A stretch of 14,849 bases of DNA, taken from contig CAXIUT010000240.1 in NCBI GenBank assembly GCA_964035545.1, positions 1 to 14,849 of the forward strand, given 5' to 3'. The notes beneath the pieces were generated by a model. It saw only the letters and a program-made list of their open reading frames with translations. It was not told the DNA's origin and did no database searches. Positions 1 to 10,991 of this stretch are shown piece after piece (positions within the stretch are counted from its first letter, which is position 1; every line of letters starts with the position of its first letter). The stretch is from Bugula neritina (taxonomy: Eukaryota; Animalia; Bryozoa). The position numbers and the translations under genes are program-made.

Positions 1-93
1 CCCAACCCCAACCCCAACCCCAACCCCAACCCCAACCCCAACCCCAACCCCAACCCCAACCCCAACCCCAACCCCAACCCCAACCCCAACCCC
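1..93 (+). repeat. Left telomere, (CCCCAA)n
   Basis: Perfect C4A2 hexamer array at the contig start, in the orientation expected for a 5' chromosome end; same repeat unit as Tetrahymena telomeres. Confidence 0.97.
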
Positions 94-403
94 TTGATGC
101 ATTATTATGATTTGAATATATTTTATTCAAGATTATTCATGAGTAATTATTTGATAAATATTGTCAGTAATCAATTTTCTATCGAACAGTTTATCGGCTT
201 TTACTTTTATTTTGACGAAATATAAAATTATCTTTAGAATATCATCCTTTTCAGTGCATAGAAGAAACTAAACAAAAAATTTCAACCTGAGTCAAGTTAG
301 ATATCTTAAACTTAAAAAGATGAGGTCAATAGAGTTTTTATTGATATTATTTAGTTAATTTAAGTAAGATTTTTTTATTGATAAAGGATTCACAAATCAT
401 TGA

Positions 404-1342
<939 letters not shown>

Positions 1343-2798
1343 TTAATAACCTCCATAGTTTTAAATCAAAACTTCTGATCAATTCTTACAATTTCAAACT
1401 TTTGGTCAGTATTACTCAGAATATATATATTAAATATCATATTTCAAATCATATCACTCTTAAACCTCTACAATACAGCAATTACTCATATCAACATTGA
1501 AGAATATATCCTCCATTCATCAGCAGAAGTCACTGTAAAGAAAGGAAATCAAGGAAATCTGACCATTTCTTACGTAGAGCAGCATTTTACCAGAATTATT
1601 CAGATTCATCAACATAAACATCTCAAAGAAAAGAAATCAATAGGTTTATTGCAGCTATTCAAATAGAAAAAGATATAAAATATCAATCTCAATTGATTTT
1701 ATTTATTTATTCTATCTAATAATTGAATATTCATCGTTATTCTTTGATTTCCTCCTTAAGCTTTGATATAAATCACAAATACTAAAAGCAAATCTTCAAA
1801 AGTAATAGTTATTCTGTTTAATGTTTATTTTTAATTATTTAAAAGACTTTTATTAAAGATAGAGAAGCACCCATACACTCTGATATTGTTTATCAGTTTT
1901 GGAAAAGCTATCTATCCTCTACATACGACTAACAAGCAATGCTCTTACTTCTATCAAAGTTATGTACTATCTCGACTCAGTTAAAGCAAATCAAACTTTT
2001 TTATACATCCATTAAAACCTATCAAACTGTCTCAAAACTTCGTAAAAACTTCTAGAAAAGCAAGAATAAGGTTTGTTTCAGGAAAAGAGGTGGGAATAAA
2101 ATCTGATCTTTCTTTTTTAAGACTTTGACTGATCATCTTGATTTTTTGGTTTGACATCTTTTTAGCATAATTTCTTCATAAACTCAACATCTTAGAACTC
2201 TTTCCTTCTTGCTAAAAAGAATGAATCATAAATCACTAAAAACATGTTAAGAGTACCTAATAGATCAGTTATTGCTATCATTTTTAAATCATAAAAATAT
2301 CATTTCATAATAAGGTTAAATAAATATCATAAGATTCTCTTCAATATAAACAAATTGTATAAAAACAAAGAATGCTAGTTTCTAGTTTTCAACAAGATTT
2401 TCGATACATGTTTCGCTCCCAATAAGATGAAATATTTTAAATTTAAGCTTCAAATAAAATGATACTTTTGATTTTGATTAAAATCTTCATATAAGATCGA
2501 TATCATCATCATAAGAATCTATAAATAAGATCAATGCTATCCCTAACTTCTCAATAAAATAATTAATACATCATTAGACATTTTAGGAGTTATATTTACT
2601 TTGGTTTTATGTTTCGTTCTTACTATTTAAAGATTATCAATATATTAGAAAAGCTTTAATATAATTATCTCGAAGGATTGTCAAAAAGATATTAAAAATA
2701 GGACAATCTGGTTCTTGATAACTTTGTGATATATGTCTTTGAGGTATTGAATAAAATATTGATTAAATTAAATAAGTTAATTATAATAATTACCACAA

Positions 2799-3011
2799 AT
2801 GGCTAAAGATAAGCATCACTCATCCAAGAACCAAAACCACAAAAACCACCAAAACGGAATCCAAAAGCCAAAAAGACAGAGATTCCCATCTCTCAAAGGA
2901 GTCAATCAACGCTTCTTAAGAAACAGAAGAAGAGCTCTTCAGAATGATCCCAACATCAAAAGAAACAGAGCACTCCAAAAAAGAGTAGACGCCTATAAAG
3001 CCCAAGCATGA
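2799..3011 (+). CDS. RPL29: 60S ribosomal protein L29 (eL29)
   Basis: MAKDKHHSSKNQNHKNHQNGIQKPKRQRFPSLKGVNQRFLRN matches the eL29 signature MAKSKNHT.HNQ..K.H.NGIKKP...RY.SLKGVD.KFLRN; TGA stop. Confidence 0.95.
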   Translation: MAKDKHHSSKNQNHKNHQNGIQKPKRQRFPSLKGVNQRFLRNRRRALQNDPNIKRNRALQKRVDAYKAQA

Positions 3012-3202
3012 TACATAGTCTATTTAAATCCATCAATCTTCAAATATCAATAATAAAACAACCTCAATCATTTGAACCATCCTCTCACCTGCCATCTCCA
3101 GAACATTTTACTAACCACTCAAAATTTGATAAAATGATCTCATAATGATATCATTGCTTTCTGATCGTATTTGAATAATATTTGATTATTTATATGTTTA
3201 AC

Positions 3203-4156
3203 ATGAACGCAGAACGTTCATCTCTCCGCAAGAAACCACCACCAGAAACATCGATACGCGACCGCTACACCACCCAATACAACAACTACATTGACAGATA
3301 ATTTACCTATAACACTTTGACCCTCATAAAAAAAATAACATAAAATGGATAAAAATAACCATACATGTACGGCATTCCTCTCCAAAAAATAATAATCCAA
3401 ATAGTAAAAACAATGATGATGAACTAGTTATAAACTTTATTCTTTGGCTCAACTCTTCAAGAAATGAAATGGAAAATAAGCGATCCCTGTCTAAACGAAT
3501 ACCTCAACTAAACTACAGATATCACGCCGCATATATAGAAAGATACATAAAGTAAAAAAGTACAATTTTCATTATTACTTATCTCGTATATAGTCAAAAT
3601 CTATCTCAATTAGGACAATAGTGTCATTGATTATAAAATTAGATAAATTGTTAAAAATGGATTCGATAGAATGTACCAGACTTGGGTCAGTAGAGTATCT
3701 AAACATTTTCAATTCAATCCTAAAAATATGAATAGAATTTTCAAAGAATATGATCATCAACATGAATAACATCAGGTTTAAATTGTTGACTATAATTATC
3801 TAGTATCATAGTTTTTCCAGCATGATACCAATCCCTATGAAGATCAAATACTTCCTTTGTATAAATAATAATCTCCAGATAAAAATATATTCAAAGAATC
3901 AGTCAATCACTACAAAAATATATCGACTGCTTTTCAACCTACAAGAAATGGCATTTAAGATCTACCCATGGAAGAAGAATAAGAGATACCTGTAAAAAGT
4001 TAAAGAATTTATAGTTCAAGATTGAAAAGAAATGGATCAGAGATAGGTTTTGTAAGAAAGGAATCGAATAATTAGTTTTTTGGAGGATAAAATTATAAAA
4101 AAGGAATATTTGGACTCGATATTCTCAGAAATTCGTCATCGAGAATTGAAGATTGA
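3203..4156 (+). CDS. Hypothetical protein, 317 aa (TAR=Glu)
   Basis: ATG-to-TGA frame of 318 codons with no internal TGA. It has a globular-looking N-terminal half (MMMNELETLFFG...WKI...LLLISYIVKIYLNED...FNPKNMNRIFKEY) and an acidic, low-complexity tail. No family recognised with confidence. Confidence 0.8.
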
Positions 4157-4263
4157 TTGTAACTTCTTTTATCAATATATTTACTTTACCATATTAATAT
4201 AGTATTTGAAGAATAAATCACATTTTATTTCAAGTTATTAATAAACATAATAATATCTAATCC

Positions 4264-4876
4264 ATGAGCGCTCCAGCATAAGAATAGGCATTGCCCGCAC
4301 CTCCAACCAAACCACCCATCAACGTACCTCCTCTTCTACTCAGAAAAAATAACTCTTCGCAGATATTGTAGCCTTCTTCTCCATCATTAGTACCAAAATA
4401 TCTATCTAGATTCATACTTCTTCATATCTTTAACCCTCCACTTCAGCATCTTTGAAAGCCAACTCGGTCTTAAACTCGATGATTACTCACTCATTATCTT
4501 CCTCCACCTCTCATATACTTTCTTCATACTAGTCCTGCATATATTCTCAAAAGTACTTACTAAATTCACACCTGATAAAGAAAATCCTGTCGCTAAATAC
4601 CTCTCAGAAGAAGTCAGTCTCTCCTTACTAACCATGCTTATCATCAGTGGAATCTATATTAGCGTACACTCTTTTGTTAGATAAATATCTCTGGAAGAAT
4701 TTTGTCATATAGCTCTATGGCTTTGGATAGGAGAGATGTCAAGAGTTTTAGGATCTTTTGTGGGTCAAGCTACAGGAATTGATAGCTTTTCGTATTGGGG
4801 AAAAAGCGTTGAAATAATTCTCATCGCTGGAGGAGTGCTAGAAGTTATTGGATTTGGAGTCTTTGTGCTGTTTTGA
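4264..4876 (+). CDS. Multipass membrane protein, 190 aa, two 20-nt introns
   Basis: Removing 4324-4343 and 4390-4409 gives a continuous frame MSAPAEEEALP...VLEVIGFGVFVLF* with about 5 hydrophobic segments. Confidence 0.8.
4324..4343 (+). other. 20-nt spliceosomal intron
   Basis: gtacctcctcttctactcag; needed to restore the frame. Confidence 0.75.
4390..4409 (+). other. 20-nt spliceosomal intron
   Basis: gtaccaaaatatctatctag; needed to restore the frame. Confidence 0.75.
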
Positions 4877-5170
4877 TTCTTCTACATTTAACCTTTCAAT
4901 TACTGATATTCAACTAATACAAATAGTAGTGTATTGTACTTTTAAAGACTTATTTTAAAATATTAAAGCAACTTCAAACAAGAAAATAAATTTTAAAATA
5001 ATTTTATTTTCTTCATCTTTAATATGTATATTAAGATAATAAAGCGACAAAATTGATTTTATTATTGTATTAAATGAAAGAAACTAAGAATAACAACTTA
5101 TTGATGTCAATTTATCTCTAACAATATTTCTTTATCTAAGCAATCATAATAATAACTAATCTCAACCATA

Positions 5171-5637
5171 ATGTTTAAACATAAGATCATTGTTAGTACT
5201 TCATCTCTTTTTTAGAATAATTACGTCACAGATAAAAAGAAAGAAAGTACTATGGACTTGACAACCTTAAAACTATCTATCATCTGCCAAAATAAAATGA
5301 AGAAATCCTAGATACAGATGAACCAGATATCGAATCTAACTCTATCTATGAACAGTACTCCTTCTCTTAAGTTCCACAAGAGACCCCAGTCTTCTACAAT
5401 CCTTATGATTTCTTTGATTTTGAGAAAGAATAATAACCAGAACCTGAGTCAGAAAGAATAATCTAAATAAATAACCTTTATAAAGCAAAAATGTAAGAAG
5501 AAATTCATAGACCAGAATCATAAAGAAAAGTAAAATTCAATCATGTGATAAAAATGGTTGATTTTGATGATTAAAAAGAAGTTGTTTATCTCGGAAAATA
5601 AAGATAAAAATAGGTAACTTATAATATCCATTTTTGA
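5171..5637 (+). CDS. Acidic protein, 148 aa, paralogue A of a tandem pair; RVxF-like motif RKVKF
   Basis: After removing intron 5196-5215 it reads MFKHKIIVKELRH...YGLDNLKTIYHLP...FSEVPQE...YNPYDFFD...RKVKF...IHF*; colinear with 6336-6826. Confidence 0.85.
5196..5215 (+). other. 20-nt spliceosomal intron
   Basis: gtacttcatctcttttttag; same position (after ATC ATT GTT A) as the intron in the paralogue. Confidence 0.85.
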
Positions 5638-5791
5638 CTAAAATGGCTGTGATATTATGAAACTCTTATCTATATCTAATCATCATCTCGAATATCAATA
5701 AAATAACTCATTTACTAAAAAAACAAAAGAAGAAACGTATTATTAACAAAGTCACTCAAATAATCACTAAATTAAGCAAATCGATGATGTT

Positions 5792-6121
5792 TCAGATCAT
5801 TTTGTTATTAATCATCAATTTGAATATTTTCTATATAAATTTACTGAAATCTATTTCCTTCATCTCAAGATTTATCACCTTATTATACCTCCAACTTTTC
5901 AAAAACAGTACCGACAGAACAGACGCCCTCTCTTTATTTCTTTTGCTATTGTGTTTTTTATCAAATATAAGATTAAAAATTAGATATTAAACCCTCTGAT
6001 TACTTGATTAATTAATCTGGTTTTGTTAATTGATCATAGCATCAGAACCAGACTAACATCTTTCTAAAATATTATTCACAAGGATACACATATAAAGTAT
6101 CTACTCATTTGTACTATTCAT
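5792..6121 (-). CDS. Possible small hypothetical protein, 109 aa
   Basis: ATG-to-TGA frame MNSTNEEILYMCILVNNIL...KLMINNKMI* fills the gap between the paralogues. No motif, and frames of this length can arise by chance when only TGA is a stop. Confidence 0.3.
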
Positions 6122-6335
6122 AAGGATTCAATAGATTTCTCTTATTGTTTGATAAAAAGTTTTATCATATATACATCATGATCTTCTTTCTCTCTATTTC
6201 AATAATTCTATCAATAAAACTGAAGCTAGACGATGATAGCATTGAATAATAACCATAAATAACAAAAAAGATAATTTATAAGTTGAAATAGTATGATAAA
6301 TACTAACTTTTTGGATGTTGGTTTATAATAATTAA

Positions 6336-6826
6336 ATGTTCAAAAGAAAAATCATTGTTAGTACATTTTTTTCTATTTAGAATCCTACAAACATAAACTC
6401 AAACTTAGATAATCCTATGGACTTGATAGATTCGATACAATTTATCGCTTTCCCAACAGAAATGCAGAAGAAGACTAAAAAGTTTAAACCATAGATTCTC
6501 TTTAAAATACTGAAGAGGAATAAAGCTCAAATTAATCAGATTTCTGTTTCTCAGAGATGGATCAAGAGTCACTCAATCTTTACTGTCCATATGACCTTTT
6601 TGATCATGAATTTGAGTAAAACTTTTAAGAGCCACTACCAAATAAAATAAACGAAATAAATACAGCCTATCAAGCTTCTATGGCTTGTTCAAGTTAGCCA
6701 GAAAGATTAGAGAAAAAATCAGTGTGTTTTGAAGAAAACTATTTATTCAAAACATATAAGAAAGAATCTTAGGTGATTTTAATCAAAAACTAGGAAGAAA
6801 TAAAAGAAAAAACACATTTCTTTTGA
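6336..6826 (+). CDS. Acidic protein, 156 aa, paralogue B of a tandem pair; RVxF-like motif KSVCF
   Basis: After removing intron 6361-6380 it reads MFKRKIIVKSYKH...YGLDRFDTIYRFP...FSEMDQE...YCPYDLFD...KKSVCF...THFF*. Confidence 0.85.
6361..6380 (+). other. 20-nt spliceosomal intron
   Basis: gtacatttttttctatttag; position conserved with 5196-5215. Confidence 0.85.
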
Positions 6827-7342
6827 AAAAATAACCATATATATTGATAGTATATACTTTTAATTTATCAGAATTATTTTTACCTATTTAAGTTTTAATA
6901 TTCTTGTTCAGAGATAAAACGAAATCAGTGACGAATATCTCAGTTATAAAAGACTTTAAAAGATAAAAGCTTGATGGAAAGTCAATAAAATCGTCTTTTA
7001 GGAGTTTATTAAAGGTGTTCATCTTCTTATTTTCATTAAAATTGTTTGAACTTTTGGTTCTAAAGTGGCTTACTGAGTCCATGTTATAAGTTATAATTGA
7101 AAACTTCAAAAAATATTCAAAATATAAATGAATATAATATGATCAAAAAATCGTTTTTGATAACACTGGCTTGTGATAAAGCTTTTAAAACCTAAAATAT
7201 GATTTTATATTTTTCTTCAAGGTGTTTTTTTTTCCCAAAAACTTGGAAAAATATCATTAAGATGTAATGGCATCTGTAATCTTCACCATAAGATCGATAA
7301 ACAAACTAAAATGATATGAAAAAATCATAATTAAAGTTCTTT

Positions 7343-8223
7343 TCAGGTCCAATTACACAACCAACTCTTTGGCTTTATCACCCTGTTTTTACTATTCTTC
7401 TCAGCTTCTTTAACAATCTTTAGCAGCAACTGCAAAGCATAGAAGTTAACCTCCTAGTTATTCTCCATCTTAGTAGTGACCATTTGGGATTGCTTCAAAG
7501 TCAACTTTCCATTACTTTTTACTGGTTCCATAAAATGGTAAATATCCATACAAACTATATCATCTCTTTTAATCTATAACTAAGAATGCAAAGATGTTAT
7601 CCTCTTCTCTATTTTCTTCCAGCTCTCTCCCTTCCGGTCAAAGCTACCTATCAACACCAACATCGTCTTCACACCTCGCTCGAACATATCTCCCCGCAAA
7701 AACTTCAAATAATTCATCTCATCCGATGATACCTCCATCATTGAATTTATCACTATCAGACAAACTTTAGCCTTAAAACGGGAATCTAACTAAGAAGTCT
7801 ATCCGATACAATGCCCCAAATTTCCCTCTACATATTCGAGTGCCCGCTTATATCTTGAACTTGGTTTCTCTTAAGTCAGCAACTCAATGCCTTGTACTCC
7901 AAATTTTTGTCCCACTTCTCGCAATTCTTTCATACCTTCTACTTGCCACTTTGCTCCCTTCTTTATTTCCACAATACTTGCTTGTCCCTTAGTATTCGTT
8001 CCCCATCCTTGTGACCCATTTAACGCAAACTGAAGAGTTCTAAATACCAAGATCTTTACTTGAGGAAGTTGGTTTTTCCTACTTTAGGTGGTCCAACTAC
8101 AAGGAAAGTACACTGTGATGGCATATTTTATCCCTGTGCCAATCTAAAATCAAATTAGCGAATATCTTTTCGAAGATCTATGTTATGTGAATAATAAAAT
8201 TGTTCTTGATAATTTTTCTCCAT
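7343..8223 (-). CDS. Divergent P-loop NTPase-fold protein, 286 aa (possibly IFI44-like)
   Basis: Walker A FLVVGPPKVGKT; continuous frame to TGA after removing intron 8040-8059. Family assignment is by eye only. Confidence 0.8.
8040..8059 (-). other. 20-nt spliceosomal intron
   Basis: gtaaagatcttggtatttag just after the P-loop; restores the frame. Confidence 0.8.
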
Positions 8224-8267
8224 CAAATATAAAACTATAAATCCCCGTATAATAGTTAGAAATACTA

Positions 8268-8958
8268 TCATGAAAACCTAGTCTTTATACCTCTAAAAAA
8301 ATCTTTAAAACTATTTGAACAAGATGATCCTCCCTATGCAGGCACATTTAAATGAACTCCACTCTGCTCTTCATTTTTTACCTTAGATAAACAGTCTTTA
8401 ATCAAATATTCTATAGCATCATGGACTCCTTCGCCTGTTTTAGCACTTGTCTAGAAATACGGGATCGATAACTCTTCTGAAAGAGTTTTAGCTAGTTATG
8501 CAGGAACTGAACGTTCAGAAGGCATATCTTTTTTATTACCTATCAATATTTGTCCACAATTTTAATGTGATTTTTACTTGATTTCAGGCACCCAGAATTT
8601 ATCCACCTCTAAATCATCATAAAATTACTATCAAAGCTGACTTTATCAGTCAAATCAAAAAGAACTAATACCCCATCAGCCTTTTGAAAATAATTTTTAG
8701 TCAAAGAAAAAAACTTTTACTGTCCAGCTGTATCCCAAATACAAACGGTTACCTCCTGTCCATTGATTTTAATCACTTTTTTTTATAAAGTGAGACCTAG
8801 AGTCGGAGTATAGAACTGATTAAAAGATGCTACTTTGTAATAATAGTACTCTAACCTTAAATAAAACGACGGATCAGACTTGTCTTCCCTGAATTAGGAT
8901 TGCCTATCACGATTAAATCTATCTTTGCCTTAGCTGGAACCTCCAATTCTTACGACAT
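8268..8958 (-). CDS. Rab-family small GTPase, about 216 aa, two introns, no C-terminal prenylation cysteines
   Basis: G1 GNPNSGKTS, G2 YTPTLG, G3 WDTAGQEKF, G4 GNKKD, G5 ETSAK; introns 8830-8849 and 8609-8628. Confidence 0.93.
8609..8628 (-). other. 20-nt spliceosomal intron
   Basis: gtaattttatgatgatttag; splicing restores SFDKVDKFW. Confidence 0.9.
8830..8849 (-). other. 20-nt spliceosomal intron (alternative in-frame donor at 8855 would give 26 nt)
   Basis: gtactattattacaaagtag joins G1 and G2 in frame. The GTAC donor matches the other introns; a GTTA donor 6 nt upstream is also frame-compatible. Confidence 0.7.
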
Positions 8959-9153
8959 TAATTATAAATTATCAAATTACACGCAGATGATTTTAGTTTT
9001 AAATTAAGTACAAACTAGAAAATAAAATCAAGAATTAATCCTCAAGAAATAGATAAAACAAATCAATATTATCGATCAATAGTAATATTTGATACTTATT
9101 TATTTTATAAATATTGTATTAACCTCTTTATTTCTTTAATATGTTTTGGATGA

Positions 9154-9230
9154 TTGGGGTTGGGGTTGGGGTTGGGGTTGGGGTTGGGGTTGGGGTTGGG
9201 GTTGGGGTTGGGGTTGGGGTTGGGGTTGGG
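9154..9230 (+). repeat. Internal (TTGGGG)n telomeric tract, 77 nt
   Basis: Perfect T2G4 array flanked by unique sequence on both sides. Confidence 0.95.
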
Positions 9231-9349
9231 ATAAACGTTATAGATTGTTTTGTTTTCATTCATAGAAGACAATAATAATAATATAACTCAATAATGCGAT
9301 CTTTCTTTATATTTTTTGTCAATTTCATATAAATAAACAATAATCATCA

Positions 9350-9841
9350 ATGCTAACACAACTAAACTAACTCGAACCCATCCCTCAAGTCCTAAAACAA
9401 AAAGTATTTCTCTTCAACCATCGCCTCTCCCCAAAATTAACCATACACAACAAAAACTCATAAAAAAATAACACCAAATACATAAATTCCTCAGATACCT
9501 CTCTACCTCAAGCAATCATGACAAAAAATACAAATCACTAACCTCTAGACAGACTATATCTGTAGAGAAAAAGAAACAAAATCATCAATACCCTCAAAAA
9601 TAACTCTCTCTTAGATACACCAACACATCATTAATAAAAAATAGCCAGTTCCAGATCTCTAGCATAGCAAAAACCTCTTCATCTCCTAGAATGCTAAAAA
9701 ATACGTAAAACAATCGAACCCATAAGAAAAAGACCAAATATCAACATCAACCTCAAAAGAATAATAAAAAATAGAAAACCAAAAGGAATCTTTTCCTGCA
9801 ATTAGTACAAATAACTTTTACAATAAGTCAGAAAAGGATGA
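9350..9841 (+). CDS. Hypothetical basic protein, 163 aa
   Basis: ATG-to-TGA frame MLTQLNELEPIPQVLKQKVFLF...ELLQEVRKG* ending 65 nt before the convergent TFIIS stop. The region is G-poor, so TGA is rare by chance. Confidence 0.5.
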
Positions 9842-9906
9842 ATATATCAGTATATAAAATAAATAAAAATGATTAATAAAATAAGATAATAGAGAATGAA
9901 TCATTA

Positions 9907-10779
9907 TCAATCTTTCCAAGTTTTATCACAATTATTGCACCTCATAAATCTTGTCATTGGTTCATCAGCAGCCCGAATCTGTCTCATGTCCTCCATAAAA
10001 GCCTTCTTAGCACGACAAAACTTGCAAGTCTCTTTAGCATCTTTGTTGAGTTTCCTCTTCATTTCTTCATATAATCCACTTCTGCTCTTCTCTATTCTTT
10101 CCTTCTGCAACTTGTCCATTTTCTTCACAATATCTTTGTCCAAAAACACTTCAAATTCATCTCGAGAAAGCTCTTTAGGAGTTATTTTCCCTGCTAAAAT
10201 TTTTTACTTAGCCTCTTTTGAATTCGAATTCAGGAATTTGAAGGCAATAGATTAAACTCTACCCTGAATATCTCTTATTAAATGACTAGCTTTTTTGTGT
10301 TATCTGCTTTACTATCTGTGCTAGATCTAAGTAAAGAGTTCTTTAATAATCTGAACCAACTTGATGTTTTTCTCTGCCTCCTTAAAACCATATATAAAAC
10401 CCCTGTATAACATCTTCAAACATTCAGTTTCATCCTCATTCTTTCCAATACATAATTTGTCAGGGAACTAGATGTAGGCAAGTGTTTGTCCTTTCTTTAC
10501 TTTCTTCAAATCAAATTTTTCATCTCTCTTGGCTTTATCTTTCATCGACCTCAGTTTTTTCTTGGCATTCAAACAAGGTCTAAACCAAGACTGCTAAATA
10601 TCATTCTCATCTGCTCTTACTATTTATCTGTGAAAAGAAGATACTGCATCTTCTAACTAAAATACATCCTCATCTCTGATCTTCTTAGCTTTATCAAGTA
10701 TCGACAAAATAACCAAAATCTATTTCCCTTTTTGCTTCCAATTTTTCAAAACCTTTACTTACTCGACCATATTCAGCAT
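9907..10779 (-). CDS. TFIIS: Transcription elongation factor TFIIS-like, 290 aa
   Basis: C-terminal Zn ribbon CKFC...QIRAADEPMTRFMRCNNCDKTWK, preceded by domain II-like KILAGKITPKEL; intronless frame from ATG at 10779 with TAR=Glu. Confidence 0.88.
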
Positions 10780-10991
10780 AAGTCAAATTATTATTGTATT
10801 TATAATAGTCAAATGCTCTCTATTTAAAATCAATAGTTATTTCTATAAGTATCTTTCAACACCATCATCATCAATCATATCAAGAATTAAAATCTATTAC
10901 CACTTGATCATCCTAATATAATCAATAAATATCGATAACTAAATAACTCAAAGATAATTAATATTTAAATTTAGATAATAACTCTATAATC

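Noticed and set aside
3054-3068. TAAAACAACCTCAAT, a near match to the Tetrahymena Cbs; also AACCTCTTT at 9121-9129
   Set aside because: The first has a mismatch in the core and lies in the RPL29 3' flank far from any telomere. The second is only a partial match. Cbs is normally lost from macronuclear DNA.
6561-6595. Kinesin switch-I-like peptide KSHSIFTVHM
   Set aside because: It is off-frame within paralogue B, whose true frame is supported by its tandem paralogue. No kinesin P-loop or DLAGSE is present.
6888-7109. 73-aa minus-strand ORF from the track
   Set aside because: It has a non-ATG start and its TAA is not a stop here. Extending it runs into paralogue B, and it has no recognisable motif.
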